From positions 5,850-69,849 of IMG/VR virus record IMGVR_UViG_3300034355_000644: a DNA stretch of 64,000 bases; one strand, given 5' to 3'. A model generated the notes under the pieces. The model made no database searches, had not been told where the DNA came from, and saw only the letters and a list, made by a program, of their open reading frames with translations. Positions 18,337 to 28,476 of the stretch are shown piece after piece. Origin of the DNA: a virus. Each line of letters begins with the position of its first letter. Position 1 is the stretch's first letter. A program made the translations under genes and the position numbers.

Positions 18337-19329
18337 TTAGTTCACCATGCAAGTAGCTTCGGCCAAATTTTTCCAATTTACTGGGCTAACTTTCGTCAGA
18401 TCAGCAATTTTGAGTGCCATACGAAGAGATATTTCTCGCAGCTTGTTTTTATTCATTTCCATAAAATCAATGATCTGATGACCCATTTCTTCTCCAAAAT
18501 TATATCCCTTGAACAATTCGCCAGTGCGATGAATCTGCTTAATACGCAAGAACTTTTCACGCTCGGTATTCATTGTAAGGTCCAAGTAATGGCACCGACT
18601 CCGCAATGCTTCCAAGTGATCTTGTAGCTTTTTACTCTTAATATGCTCAAGATTCAAGTTGGTAATAAAGATAATTGACCCCTTGAAGTCAAAAGAATCT
18701 GGGATACCTTCGCGACGAAGCATATAGCTATCAGAGTTCCAGCAGATTCTACGACGCTTGCCAGAATCAAGCGCGGCTTTGAGTAGATTGAGGCTCAACT
18801 CGTCCCCGAAAACGCCATCACTATCATCAAATACAATGACATTGTTGCTGTCACTGTAATTGTAGAGTGTCGTATAAAGTCCAATAGCTGTCAATGCACC
18901 TTTGACGATATTATGCTTGATCGGGGTGCCAGCGATTTGATCAAATACCGATGCTTGTTCCAGTTCACGCTCAACACCGTATGATTTACCTACACCGGGT
19001 GGTCCTACCACGATCATTGCACGAATGTCATTCGAGATGGCTGCTCTGGTCATTTCTTCAAGAATACCAAAGCGAGTTTCAATTCGGTCCATAATTTCTT
19101 CATCAGTCTCAACATATTCCATCACAGGAGCTTTTTTTGTTCCAGTGATTTCACCATCAATTTCATAATGATTCTCAGAATCTACTTTTACTCTCATTGT
19201 TTTTTCGCCATCGTAAACGGTGATAAAACCACCATAAACACCTTCTTTGTAGTCGCGAATCAGATCAAATGTCTGATTTACGATCAGATTGTTACGATAA
19301 GAACCCTTGTGAACGGTAACAGTAGCCAT
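18337..19329 (-). CDS. AAA+ ATPase
   Basis: Walker A GPPGVGKS, Walker B IVFDDSD, IFITN, ALRSR. Confidence 0.85.
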   Translation of the reverse strand: MATVTVHKGSYRNNLIVNQTFDLIRDYKEGVYGGFITVYDGEKTMRVKVDSENHYEIDGEITGTKKAPVMEYVETDEEIMDRIETRFGILEEMTRAAISNDIRAMIVVGPPGVGKSYGVERELEQASVFDQIAGTPIKHNIVKGALTAIGLYTTLYNYSDSNNVIVFDDSDGVFGDELSLNLLKAALDSGKRRRICWNSDSYMLRREGIPDSFDFKGSIIFITNLNLEHIKSKKLQDHLEALRSRCHYLDLTMNTEREKFLRIKQIHRTGELFKGYNFGEEMGHQIIDFMEMNKNKLREISLRMALKIADLTKVSPVNWKNLAEATCMVN

Positions 19330-19364
19330 CAGATTATCTCCGCGTATAAGTGAGTGAGAGGAGT

Positions 19365-19392
19365 ATTGTACAGATTAAATTTCAGATGTCAA
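19365..19392 (-). promoter_or_regulatory. sigma70-type early promoter
   Basis: TTGACA-N16-TACAAT; near-identical context to 59841-59868. Confidence 0.7.
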
Positions 19393-19506
19393 GCTAGCAA
19401 TGACATTTAAGACAAAATATTTTGGAATATTCAATTTTTCAGAGATTTGCGCTACGGTTTTTCCGGCAACATACATTTCTTCAATTTCAATGATCAGGTC
19501 TGACAT
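19375..19506 (-). CDS. 43-aa HTH-like protein (not in ORF track)
   Basis: MSDLIIEIEEMYVAGKTVAQISEKLNIPKYFVLNVIASLTSEI; GAGG RBS. Confidence 0.65.
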   Translation of the reverse strand: MSDLIIEIEEMYVAGKTVAQISEKLNIPKYFVLNVIASLTSEI

Positions 19507-19562
19507 GAGAATTCCTCGTGAATCAATTAAAAAACGTATGTTACGTCTATTTTAGAAGAATG

Positions 19563-20039
19563 TCAAATGTATTTTTCGTAACAGATTATATAGGACTTAA
19601 AATAATCATCATCCGACATTTGATCAGTGTTTATATCGTTGGCAGCATCTTGGTAGAATGATGCAAACAATGAATTATATTGGCTCTGAATTAGAGCATT
19701 GCGCTCAATCACTTTGGTAAAGGAGGTAACCGTTGTCCTCACTCGGTTCAGTTGAGCGAGCTTGCCTGATTCATTGTCGCTAATCAGTTGCTTACTAAAT
19801 GAGACCATGATTTCCGGCATTTTCTCTGATATCTTTCTGCAATATTGCATTTCGTATGCAAGCTGCTTTGCGTTGATTTCGCTTTTTGGAATATCGGAGA
19901 AGACGAATTTGTCTATATGCTTTTCAACATTGAGAGGCCCTTTTTCGACAACAGTTGTTTCCTTGTTGTATATCAGATAACCAATCAATCCGACGATTAT
20001 CACAAATAGAATAAGTTCAAGTATTTTTTTCATTTTCAT
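19563..20039 (-). CDS. hypothetical protein with N-terminal TM/signal
   Basis: ILELILFVIIVGLIGYLIY. Confidence 0.7.
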   Translation of the reverse strand: MKMKKILELILFVIIVGLIGYLIYNKETTVVEKGPLNVEKHIDKFVFSDIPKSEINAKQLAYEMQYCRKISEKMPEIMVSFSKQLISDNESGKLAQLNRVRTTVTSFTKVIERNALIQSQYNSLFASFYQDAANDINTDQMSDDDYFKSYIICYEKYI

Positions 20040-20043
20040 AATC

Positions 20044-20292
20044 TCAGGTAAGGAATTGAGTAACTATACCAGGCTCAAGGCGTATTGTATCATCAAGTTT
20101 TAATCGCACCGAACGATTAACACAATCCTTGATACATTGTTCAAAATCATCATATTCTTTTTTGTAGAAATCATCTACAGATTCAGCTAAAATTTTAATC
20201 ACGGCATCTTCGTTATCCGCCACAACGCACTGTAGACCGCCGTATTCCGAGGACCACTGGGGCAACCAATAATCAACCAAAAATATATACAT
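20044..20292 (-). CDS. hypothetical protein
   Basis: VDYW.P...SEYGG motif; GAGGAG RBS. Confidence 0.7.
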   Translation of the reverse strand: MYIFLVDYWLPQWSSEYGGLQCVVADNEDAVIKILAESVDDFYKKEYDDFEQCIKDCVNRSVRLKLDDTIRLEPGIVTQFLT

Positions 20293-20305
20293 CTATAATT
20301 TCTCC

Positions 20306-20470
20306 TCAATAATCTTCGGAATCATCAAAGCTAACTTCGTCTCTTATTTGAGAAATATACCTACTCACCACCTCTGAATTAATATTCAGAATAGCAGCTA
20401 TTTCCACAAAATCAAGTCCCTGAGAATACAAGGTCCTAATTGATTGTATCATGTCATTAACTTGTTGCAT
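20306..20470 (-). CDS. 54-aa HTH-like protein (not in ORF track)
   Basis: MQQVNDMIQSIRTLYSQGLDFVEIAAILNINSEVVSRYISQIRDEVSFDDSEDY; AGGAGG RBS; TTGACT-N17-TAAACT upstream. Confidence 0.7.
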   Translation of the reverse strand: MQQVNDMIQSIRTLYSQGLDFVEIAAILNINSEVVSRYISQIRDEVSFDDSEDY

Positions 20471-20618
20471 AAAACACCTCCTTTAAAATATAAGTTTAGC
20501 CACAAAATTTGAAAAAGTCAACTAAAATTTTCATTTTCTGAAAATTTTCCATAAGCCATTGATCGATAGAACATTCACCATCAACAAAATCACATAAACT
20601 ACCAAAACCCAAATCATA

Positions 20619-21332
20619 TCACCACCAATTCTTAATCACAATCTCATCATTAACTTCATGGGGCTTTGGATCACCGTGAAATATCAATAAGCTAACATCA
20701 TCGTCAATTATTGAACCTTGCTCAGATGATTTATGCCTTCTATGCTCAAAATCATATCCGCCGTTCATCACTTCCCATCGCCAGCTTTTAACTTGAGCAT
20801 GATTGAAAAACTTCAACTCAGGTGGTCGCAAAAACGAACTAAGATATTCTTGGTCGCCCCTAAACAGTCCCATTATACGCCTCAATTCGCCATCTGTCAA
20901 GCGATCATTGATAGAATGATATCGGCTATTATCCCAAAGCATCACGCTTGAATTCATCATGGTTGAAGATGGTCGCCACAATCGCCTGAAATCTTGAATA
21001 GACCAAAAGTAATTCAACGGCAACGCAAAAACCCAGTCCAATGAACCAGTGACCACCACATCCAAATCAAAATAAATCACTCGCCCACTAAAATTTTTCT
21101 TATTGAATAGTTGTAATTTATACCACCATGGACTAAATGAACCAATATGACTCCAATCAATTAGTGAATGTTTGATAAGCTGATCGGGAACTACTCTTGA
21201 TTCTTCTGTAAAGACATGAAATCTGATAGGAACGGAAAAGGATCGTTTTAACGCTCTATATAACTTCTCTACATAAACAGAGTGATACTTATCACCGTAA
21301 ATCAAACAGGCGCAATCAATAAAATCGTTCAT
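20619..21332 (-). CDS. glycosyltransferase (GT-A, GT8-like)
   Basis: G.KY...YV..L, WWYKLQLF, YFDLD, NSSVMLW, GDQ.Y, FHG.PKP. Confidence 0.8.
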   Translation of the reverse strand: MNDFIDCACLIYGDKYHSVYVEKLYRALKRSFSVPIRFHVFTEESRVVPDQLIKHSLIDWSHIGSFSPWWYKLQLFNKKNFSGRVIYFDLDVVVTGSLDWVFALPLNYFWSIQDFRRLWRPSSTMMNSSVMLWDNSRYHSINDRLTDGELRRIMGLFRGDQEYLSSFLRPPELKFFNHAQVKSWRWEVMNGGYDFEHRRHKSSEQGSIIDDDVSLLIFHGDPKPHEVNDEIVIKNWW

Positions 21333-21379
21333 TCATTCTCCAAAGGCTAAATAGGATTAACATAACTCTATTTAACGAT

Positions 21380-22141
21380 ATGAAAAAGATAGTGCTAGCA
21401 ACTGGAGGATTTGATCCTCTTCATAGTGGACACCTTGAATGCTTTAATGCAGCAAAAACTTATGGCGACATTTTGGCAGTCGGTGTTAATTCAGACGCAT
21501 GGTTGACCAGAAAAAAAGGAAGATCATTTATGCCAATATCAGAACGATTAGCATTAGTGAGCAACATTAAGTGTGTTGATTTAGCATTTGAATTTAATGA
21601 TGACGATAATAGCGCAATCGGAGCGATTCGGCATTTACTGAATCTTTACCCCGATGATGAAATTATTTTTGCCAACGGTGGCGATAGAACATCTGATAAT
21701 ATTCCAGAGATGTCCATCAATGATGATCGTGTTAAGTTTGAATTTGGAGTAGGTGGATCAAACAAGGCAAATTCAAGCAGTTGGATTTTGACTGAGTGGA
21801 AATCACCGAAAACCGAACGGATATGGGGCCAATACAGAGTGTTACATGATGTACCCGGTATGAAAGTAAAAGAACTCACAGTAAATCCCGGCTGTAACCT
21901 ATCAATGCAAATGCACAATCATCGTTCAGAATATTGGATAGTATCAGAGGGAAAATGCGAGGTTTATTCTTATCACCCCATCAATTCAGAATATCTAACC
22001 ACCGTATTATATCATCATTCTGAAACTAAAATAAAACAAGGTTCTTGGCATCAGTTACGCAATCCGTTTGATGAGCCGTGCAGAATTGTTGAAATTCAAT
22101 ACGGTGAGCAGTGCATTGAAGAGGATATTATCAGGAAATGA
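21380..22141 (+). CDS. cytidylyltransferase fused to mannose-6-phosphate-isomerase-type cupin
   Basis: TGGFDPLHSGH (HxGH), ANGGDR, NSSS; then R.WG...LS.Q.H.HRSEYW...WH.L.N...EIQYG...E.DI. Confidence 0.88.
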   Translation: MKKIVLATGGFDPLHSGHLECFNAAKTYGDILAVGVNSDAWLTRKKGRSFMPISERLALVSNIKCVDLAFEFNDDDNSAIGAIRHLLNLYPDDEIIFANGGDRTSDNIPEMSINDDRVKFEFGVGGSNKANSSSWILTEWKSPKTERIWGQYRVLHDVPGMKVKELTVNPGCNLSMQMHNHRSEYWIVSEGKCEVYSYHPINSEYLTTVLYHHSETKIKQGSWHQLRNPFDEPCRIVEIQYGEQCIEEDIIRK

Positions 22142-22608
22142 GATTGAAGCCAGAAGATGATGACATCATTCCCATCTACATTGATTATGATATTAATCGT
22201 CCAGAGTTATTTGTAGAGTGTGTGCGATCAATTGCCTTATACAACCCGGGATTGGTTAATTATATTCCTCTACCAAAAACACTGATAAATAGTTACTGTT
22301 CTTCTGTGCTTGGCAATGATATCAATTACTCTATGTTTTTGATACCCATATTGATGAAATTTAGAGGACAAGCAATATACTTAAACGAATCAGTGAGATT
22401 ACATCATAGTATTCGCCAAGTATGGGCTTTTCGTTCAATGAGCAATGACGTTCAGTTTTATAACTGTGACATAGATAATCCTACCATTATGATATGGAAT
22501 TGCGAACGATTTCCTCACAGAAAACTGAATGATTTTGTATTAGAGAAAGCGAGTGCAGAATACTTGGCTTCTATGGAATGGCTTAAAACAGAGACGATAA
22601 CGACTTAA
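22138..22608 (+). CDS. degenerate glycosyltransferase-like protein
   Basis: IPIYI.YD...SI...FLIP.L..F.G.AIYL resembles phage GTs but lacks DxD. Confidence 0.45.
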   Translation: MRLKPEDDDIIPIYIDYDINRPELFVECVRSIALYNPGLVNYIPLPKTLINSYCSSVLGNDINYSMFLIPILMKFRGQAIYLNESVRLHHSIRQVWAFRSMSNDVQFYNCDIDNPTIMIWNCERFPHRKLNDFVLEKASAEYLASMEWLKTETITT

Positions 22609-22619
22609 TAACGATCACC

Positions 22620-23168
22620 ATGAAAGAAATATACAACAACATTTACCAAAACAATAAAAGATATAACAACAGCTACGACTACAAACTTGAGGTTGTGCTA
22701 TTAGAAATTAGAAAACTAGCCAAGAGTTCAAAAATAATAGACATTGGGTGCGGCAAGGGTCATTACATTAGGAAGATCATCTCCGAAGGGTACAGTAGCA
22801 CGCTCGGAATTGAATTCTCTGACGTTTGTTGTAAGGAATTTTTATGCGACGTGCCCCACGTCAATGCAGATTTTTTAACAACAAATTCAATTTTCGTAGA
22901 TCAGCAATTTGACTTGTGTGTGTGTATGGATGTATTAGAGCATATCGAATACAAAAATATCGATTTGATGATCGAAAATATTAAACGAATCGGTAGGTCG
23001 TCTATTCTGGGAATTGCAAATCATTCTGATGTTATTCTTGGACAAGAGCTTCATCTAATACAAGAAGATTTGTTGTGGTGGAATAACAAACTGAGTCAAT
23101 TTTACTCCTCCGTTGTGGTGTTAAATGAATTGCCCAATGGCAGATTTTTTATTTTTAAGTGCGAATAA
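22620..23168 (+). CDS. class I SAM-dependent methyltransferase
   Basis: IIDIGCGKG, FDLCVCMDVLEHI. Confidence 0.88.
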   Translation: MKEIYNNIYQNNKRYNNSYDYKLEVVLLEIRKLAKSSKIIDIGCGKGHYIRKIISEGYSSTLGIEFSDVCCKEFLCDVPHVNADFLTTNSIFVDQQFDLCVCMDVLEHIEYKNIDLMIENIKRIGRSSILGIANHSDVILGQELHLIQEDLLWWNNKLSQFYSSVVVLNELPNGRFFIFKCE

Positions 23169-23953
23169 CAAAGATGATTTCCATTGTTATGACTTATTAT
23201 AACAGGGTAACACAACTTCGTTACAGCCTAAAGTCACTGTGCTCGTATAAACACGACCAAATTGAAGTAATAATAGTGGATGATTTTAGTGAACAGGAAC
23301 ATTCTCTGGATTCCATAACCGATGAATTCCCATCATTGAATATCCATGTAATTAAAATGTCAAATATTTATAAGTCTAAGACATATTTCAACCCTTGCAT
23401 TCCATTCAACGTAGGATTTCGTGAGTCCCAAGGCGACAAGATCATCATTCAAAACCCAGAGTGTTGCCACATGGGAGATGTCATTCAATACACTATGGAT
23501 CATCTATCGGACAATAATTATCTTGCGTTTCATTGTTTCGCCGGCGACAAGAGTCAGTCTGAGATTCTTAGGCAAACTGGCGAGATTGACACCAGCAACC
23601 CAAACAAGGTGTCGTCGGCTGGAAATTGTTGGTACGTACATGACGAGCTAAGGCCATGTGCTTGGCATTTTACATCAGCTATTACCAGAAACAATTTAAT
23701 AAAACTCAATGGATTCGATGAAAGATTTGCACACGGAAGAGGTTCCGATGATGTTGAATTTCTTTATAGAGTGCAAAATTTGGGATTGAACATAAAATTT
23801 GTTTCAAGTCCATTCGTAGTTCACCAATGGCACCCAAAAGATGCTTCGGTATCTTATAGTCATAATATACCAACTACTCAAAACACACAGTTGTCTCACG
23901 AGACAAAGATAACAGGTCTAATAACCGCACCGAATAACAATTTAATACAGTAA
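23159..23953 (+). CDS. glycosyltransferase family 2
   Basis: ISIVMTYYNR, EVIIVDDFS, NGFDERF, DDVEF, HQWH. Confidence 0.88.
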   Translation: MRITKMISIVMTYYNRVTQLRYSLKSLCSYKHDQIEVIIVDDFSEQEHSLDSITDEFPSLNIHVIKMSNIYKSKTYFNPCIPFNVGFRESQGDKIIIQNPECCHMGDVIQYTMDHLSDNNYLAFHCFAGDKSQSEILRQTGEIDTSNPNKVSSAGNCWYVHDELRPCAWHFTSAITRNNLIKLNGFDERFAHGRGSDDVEFLYRVQNLGLNIKFVSSPFVVHQWHPKDASVSYSHNIPTTQNTQLSHETKITGLITAPNNNLIQ

Positions 23954-23960
23954 CTTAGTT

Positions 23961-24593
23961 ATGGAAAAAACAGCACAAGACAACCATACCGACGTTTTTC
24001 TAAATTCATTTGACGCAAATCCATTCATTGAAAACAAAACCATTTTAGATATAGGTTGCGGCCACGGATATGCTTCTTCGGAATTCATAAAAAGAGGAGC
24101 AAAATTAGTAGACGCTTTGGATATTGATTTGAGAAAAGTAAACGATATACCAAAACCAATATACTTACAAGGTATACCAGTGGATTTCTTCTCATCTTGG
24201 GATGACATCTTAACGAAAAACACGAAATATGATTTAATTTGGCATCATCATGTCATTGAACACGTTGAAGACTGTTTTGAATTTCTGCGAACTATTCACT
24301 CACTTCTTAGTGATGATGGGTATATGTGGATGGCTTGCCCAAATATGGCATCACATAGTGTATTTTCACCAGGGCATATTCACAATTTTCAAGCAGGACA
24401 GTTGATTGATGTTTTGAAGAGGTGTGGATTTGCAGTAGCTGATGCCAGAGTGTGGGCACTTGCAGGACAACTTCGTGTAAGAGTCGCAAAAAACGGCGAC
24501 AATGATTACCCAGAAGTAATGAAAACATCATTAAAAGAAACAGGAAGATGCCCGGCTGATATTCTTTCAAATTGGAGATGGAAGGAAGCATGA
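23961..24593 (+). CDS. class I SAM-dependent methyltransferase
   Basis: ILDIGCGHG, YDLIWHHHVIEHV, L..DG. Confidence 0.88.
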   Translation: MEKTAQDNHTDVFLNSFDANPFIENKTILDIGCGHGYASSEFIKRGAKLVDALDIDLRKVNDIPKPIYLQGIPVDFFSSWDDILTKNTKYDLIWHHHVIEHVEDCFEFLRTIHSLLSDDGYMWMACPNMASHSVFSPGHIHNFQAGQLIDVLKRCGFAVADARVWALAGQLRVRVAKNGDNDYPEVMKTSLKETGRCPADILSNWRWKEA

Positions 24594-25288
24594 TCAACAT
24601 AGTCTGTTTAAAATGGGGCGACAAATACAACGCAGATTACGTCAACAAGCTATATGCTTCAATTAAGCGTAATACTACATTGTCATTTCGTTTTCATTGC
24701 TTTACTGAGGATTCAAGTGATTTGAATCCTAACGTCTTTGCACATGATTTGCCATACACCAACCTCCAATCATGGTGGAATAAACTCTACTTGTTCAGCA
24801 ACGAGATCCTCATTCCCAAAGGTGAGAAAATCTTTTATGTTGATCTTGATACTCTAATAACCGACAACATTGATGATCTATTACAACAACCCGCAAATAA
24901 AATCACAGTATTGAGAGATTTTTTGAATGGTATCGCAAGGACTGCTGGTGAAATGGGTTCTGGACTAATGATGTGGAGGCATGGCGAATATGAACATATT
25001 TGGACAGAGTTCACAAAGAACCCAAGTGCAGCGGTTGAATTGGTACACCCACATGGCGACCAACATTGGATTGATCACTGCGTAAGCGATAGATTTTATT
25101 GGCAAGAGATTTTACCAAATAGAGTGGTTAGCTTCAAAGTACACTGTAGAGAAGGATTGCCAAAAAATGCAGCAATTGTTTGCTATCATGGCAGACCATC
25201 AATACCCGAATCTGTACATATAAATGAAAGAATATGGAAATTCGACCTCACGCCTCAACCGTGGGTTTTAGATTACTGGAGAGATTAA
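24572..25288 (+). CDS. glycosyltransferase (paralogue of 20619..21332)
   Basis: CLKWGDKY...YVNKLY, WWNKL.LF, YVDLD, GDQ, YHGRP; start probably ATG 24590. Confidence 0.82.
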   Translation: MEMEGSMINIVCLKWGDKYNADYVNKLYASIKRNTTLSFRFHCFTEDSSDLNPNVFAHDLPYTNLQSWWNKLYLFSNEILIPKGEKIFYVDLDTLITDNIDDLLQQPANKITVLRDFLNGIARTAGEMGSGLMMWRHGEYEHIWTEFTKNPSAAVELVHPHGDQHWIDHCVSDRFYWQEILPNRVVSFKVHCREGLPKNAAIVCYHGRPSIPESVHINERIWKFDLTPQPWVLDYWRD

Positions 25289-26028
25289 TGTCAGTCAGAG
25301 TTTTTTACGACGTGATAGACCCAACCACCATTTTTGGAATGGTAGGTCGTTGTGGTGGTGGGTATAATACAGTTTGGGAAGATTGGTCACCAAGGGGAAG
25401 GATTGCTCGCGAAAAAATCATGCGTGAATATGAAGAAGGATTGAACAAAATCTGCGGTCACTACGATAAGCTAGAAAAAAGTGTCCTTAAAGAAGGCTTC
25501 AGAAATCCATTGATCGTAACTTGCGGTGAGCCAAAACGATGCAAGATATTCAATCTACCACCAGAGATTACGAGATTGCCAAAAGAACGATGGTTATTGC
25601 TTGAAGGTGTAACCGGAGGTTCAAGATTGTGGGTAGCGCAAAAATATAATATAAAAGTACCGTGTATAATCAACGATTTCACTGGAAAATACAACACAGG
25701 CACGTTGATGACTGACGTTAATCAGTTGGTATCAAGATATTTCGTTGATGCACCAAAATCATTTAAGATTGACGCTAAACGTGGATTTACCGAGAGCTAT
25801 GATAATTCACAAAAAGCGCATCATATGGAAAGCTGGTGGTCAGAAAAAAACATTGTTAAACAAAGGGCACCAATGTGGGTAAGCATTATGAACAAGCATG
25901 GATACTACGTTGATAGATTGCAACCCTTTGTTCATGAGATTTTAAGAGAAGCGGGTGTTATTCAACCAACCAATCTTAAAAAGGTTTTCCCAACAACTAA
26001 GTTCTATGTAAAAAATCCTTCAATCTAA
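25288..26028 (+). CDS. hypothetical protein, ParB/Srx-like segment
   Basis: L..SVLKEGFRNPLIV...GGSRLWVAQK.NIKVPCII; ATG overlaps upstream TAA. Confidence 0.55.
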   Translation: MSVRVFYDVIDPTTIFGMVGRCGGGYNTVWEDWSPRGRIAREKIMREYEEGLNKICGHYDKLEKSVLKEGFRNPLIVTCGEPKRCKIFNLPPEITRLPKERWLLLEGVTGGSRLWVAQKYNIKVPCIINDFTGKYNTGTLMTDVNQLVSRYFVDAPKSFKIDAKRGFTESYDNSQKAHHMESWWSEKNIVKQRAPMWVSIMNKHGYYVDRLQPFVHEILREAGVIQPTNLKKVFPTTKFYVKNPSI

Positions 26029-26451
26029 TGTCATTATTCCGTAATGTGCAGTGGATTTTTCATGATGGTCCAAGGTATAAATGATGCTCGGTATTGAATA
26101 ATCATCAATACATCGCATACAACCAGGACACGGTTTTGCTAACCCTTGAATCAGTTTTATTTTATCCGAGCTATCATACTTCAATCTGACCACATATAGC
26201 TCGGATTTACTGAACTTTCTAAATCCTAATTTTTTATCGGCATTGTATATTGCAAGCGTTTCAGCATGCCAATATACACACTCGTTGTTACGCCCATACT
26301 TGTGTTGGTATGGATGAGTTTTCATGTTATTCACTCCATAGGAGATAACTCGCCCCCTATGAACTAATGCGGCAGCTACCCATACTTTTGGGTGATTGCT
26401 GGTCAAGGATAGTGTTTTAAGTTCACTGATTAAATCTGTATCAATCTTCAT
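26020..26451 (-). CDS. CMP/dCMP-type deaminase
   Basis: HAE and KPCPGC Zn motifs; TTGACT-N17-TATAAT just upstream places the start at MKIDTD (26451). Confidence 0.82.
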   Translation of the reverse strand: MKIDTDLISELKTLSLTSNHPKVWVAAALVHRGRVISYGVNNMKTHPYQHKYGRNNECVYWHAETLAIYNADKKLGFRKFSKSELYVVRLKYDSSDKIKLIQGLAKPCPGCMRCIDDYSIPSIIYTLDHHEKSTAHYGIMTLD

Positions 26452-26490
26452 GTGAAGTATTATATCCCTGCCTCCACATGAAGTCAAGTA

Positions 26491-26946
26491 TTAAATTGTA
26501 ATATCCTCAAGTCCGACGACTCTCAAGCGCACAACATGCCCGAGCATAAAAGATTTTTGCTCAAGTGCTTTGATAATGCCAAGATACTTATTTCTGAGCA
26601 ATGATACTTCGTTTATTATCAATTCCATATCAATGGATTCTTGTTCTGCTTCTGAGTATTTCTCAGCATCTTTTGAAGACAATGCTCTGCCATAATGTTC
26701 CAAGTACTTCTTGTAATGCTTCTGCTTAATAATCTTATGCTGAATGTTACAGTAATTCAGGACTGATTCTATGGTTTGCAATTGATTAAATCTATGCTCA
26801 GTAATCCCAGGCAACGCTGATATATTCTGTTCAATGATTCCTTTTATGCTGGTTTCTTTTTTTGCTGCGTTTAGCTCTGATTGATATTCATCAATAAAAT
26901 CGGGCAGAAGCGTTATATTCTTAACTACGTCCGAATAACTAATCAT
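26491..26946 (-). CDS. uvsY: UvsY-like recombination mediator
   Basis: Helical, Y.RALSS.DAEKY...KALEQKSFMLG.VVRLR.GLEDI; downstream of uvsX. Confidence 0.75.
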   Translation of the reverse strand: MISYSDVVKNITLLPDFIDEYQSELNAAKKETSIKGIIEQNISALPGITEHRFNQLQTIESVLNYCNIQHKIIKQKHYKKYLEHYGRALSSKDAEKYSEAEQESIDMELIINEVSLLRNKYLGIIKALEQKSFMLGHVVRLRVVGLEDITI

Positions 26947-27118
26947 AGGTAGTTTCTTATGTCCTTAAATTCTTGCTTGGATATATCCACGGAGACTTTG
27001 GATATTATTTTCCAATGCTCCGCGAATAATCGTTTCATTTGGTTGTTGTATTAGTCGGTACCACTACGATCTCGCATCCCACACAACACTCATCCAGTAT
27101 TATCTCAGATAGCTTCAC

Positions 27119-27394
27119 TTAGTATTCTTCGTGAATTTCATCATCATAATCGTCATCAAGCCAATCATCTTCGTACTCCATTTCCATCGGAAGATGATCG
27201 TCTTTAAGATAGGTGGTTACTGCATCACTCATCCATTCATCGTTTTTGAATGCCTCGCGAATTTCTGAAGCAACAATGTCATTGTCAATCATTGCTGCAA
27301 GAACCGCCTCTGCCGCATCAGTCAAATCGCTTTCATCAATATATTGAGATAGCTCTGACCAAATTTCCTTTGCCAAACTTAAACTTACTGACAT
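27119..27394 (-). CDS. acidic hypothetical protein
   Basis: 91-aa ORF between uvsX and uvsY. Confidence 0.7.
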   Translation of the reverse strand: MSVSLSLAKEIWSELSQYIDESDLTDAAEAVLAAMIDNDIVASEIREAFKNDEWMSDAVTTYLKDDHLPMEMEYEDDWLDDDYDDEIHEEY

Positions 27395-27397
27395 TTT

Positions 27398-28465
27398 TTA
27401 CTCCATTTCTTCTATTTCTTGTGGTTCCGATGGTGCAGCCACCATAGCTTGTTTTTGGCTGAATTCTTCCATCACTTTATCCATGATGCCATTTTCATTT
27501 CTTGACCATTCCTTACGGAAATATTTATGAATTTCTCCGTCAATATCAACATATACATATCTATTTCCTTCCTTGGTAATCAGATTCTTCTTCTCAAGAA
27601 GATCAAAGAATCCAGAATATGGGTCCATTCCCTTGTCCCATGGAATTCTCAGTTCAATATCAGTAAATGGTTGAGAATAGCGTGTTTTCATTATCTTACA
27701 ACCGGCTCTGATTCCTTGAACTTCCTTGGTCTTGTTGCCTTCTTCGTCTTCTTTTAGCTTTAGCTTCTTCATTGCAACAACAATTGAGCTTGCATACACT
27801 GCTCCGTTACCACCCGAGATAATTGGATCAGGGTTATATGGATCCATACTTCCATAACAGTGATTCGTTGCAACCAATCCCACATTATAACTACCAAACA
27901 TATTTACACAATTGCGAACAAGCGCAGCAAGTGCTTTTGGCTTTCTACCCAAGTCTCCTTTTAGATCACCAGAATCAAATTGATTTACGTCGGTGGGTGT
28001 AAGCAACATACCCAACGAATCAATAATGAACAACACCTTTGGTCTATCTTCTTCGGACAGACTTTTGTAATCGCTCATGAATTTTGAGATGGTCTTTGCT
28101 ACATCATCAATCATTGCCAGATTTAACTTTAATAGCTTATTCTCGCTGGTATCTACGCCCAACGCTCGTAGCCATGATTCATCAAGGGCATTTTCAGTGT
28201 CAATTAGCACAACAAAAATACCTTGTTGTTGTGCATTTTTAGCAATATTACCAGAGCAAATGTAGGATTTACCAGCACCAGAATCGCCGGAAAACATTAC
28301 TACCTTTCCTAATGGGATTCCTTTGTCAAATGATCCCGATATTAAATAATTTAAAGCGAAATTGCCAGTGCTAATCCAATCCACTGGGTCAGAAAACCCA
28401 ATTGATAGTCCTTCAATTGATTTAGTAAGCTCCCGACGAAACTTACTCAGGTCAAACGGTTTCAT
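27398..28465 (-). CDS. uvsX: RecA/UvsX recombinase
   Basis: ISTG..ALN, GDSGAGKS, IDTENA, IIDSLG, TNH, SGG, KTR. Confidence 0.95.
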   Translation of the reverse strand: MKPFDLSKFRRELTKSIEGLSIGFSDPVDWISTGNFALNYLISGSFDKGIPLGKVVMFSGDSGAGKSYICSGNIAKNAQQQGIFVVLIDTENALDESWLRALGVDTSENKLLKLNLAMIDDVAKTISKFMSDYKSLSEEDRPKVLFIIDSLGMLLTPTDVNQFDSGDLKGDLGRKPKALAALVRNCVNMFGSYNVGLVATNHCYGSMDPYNPDPIISGGNGAVYASSIVVAMKKLKLKEDEEGNKTKEVQGIRAGCKIMKTRYSQPFTDIELRIPWDKGMDPYSGFFDLLEKKNLITKEGNRYVYVDIDGEIHKYFRKEWSRNENGIMDKVMEEFSQKQAMVAAPSEPQEIEEME

Positions 28466-28476
28466 ATATTTTTCTC

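Noticed and set aside
26947-27118. Possible small gene between 27119..27394 and uvsY
   Set aside because: Only short competing frames of about 30 codons without clear RBS or motif; cannot choose one.
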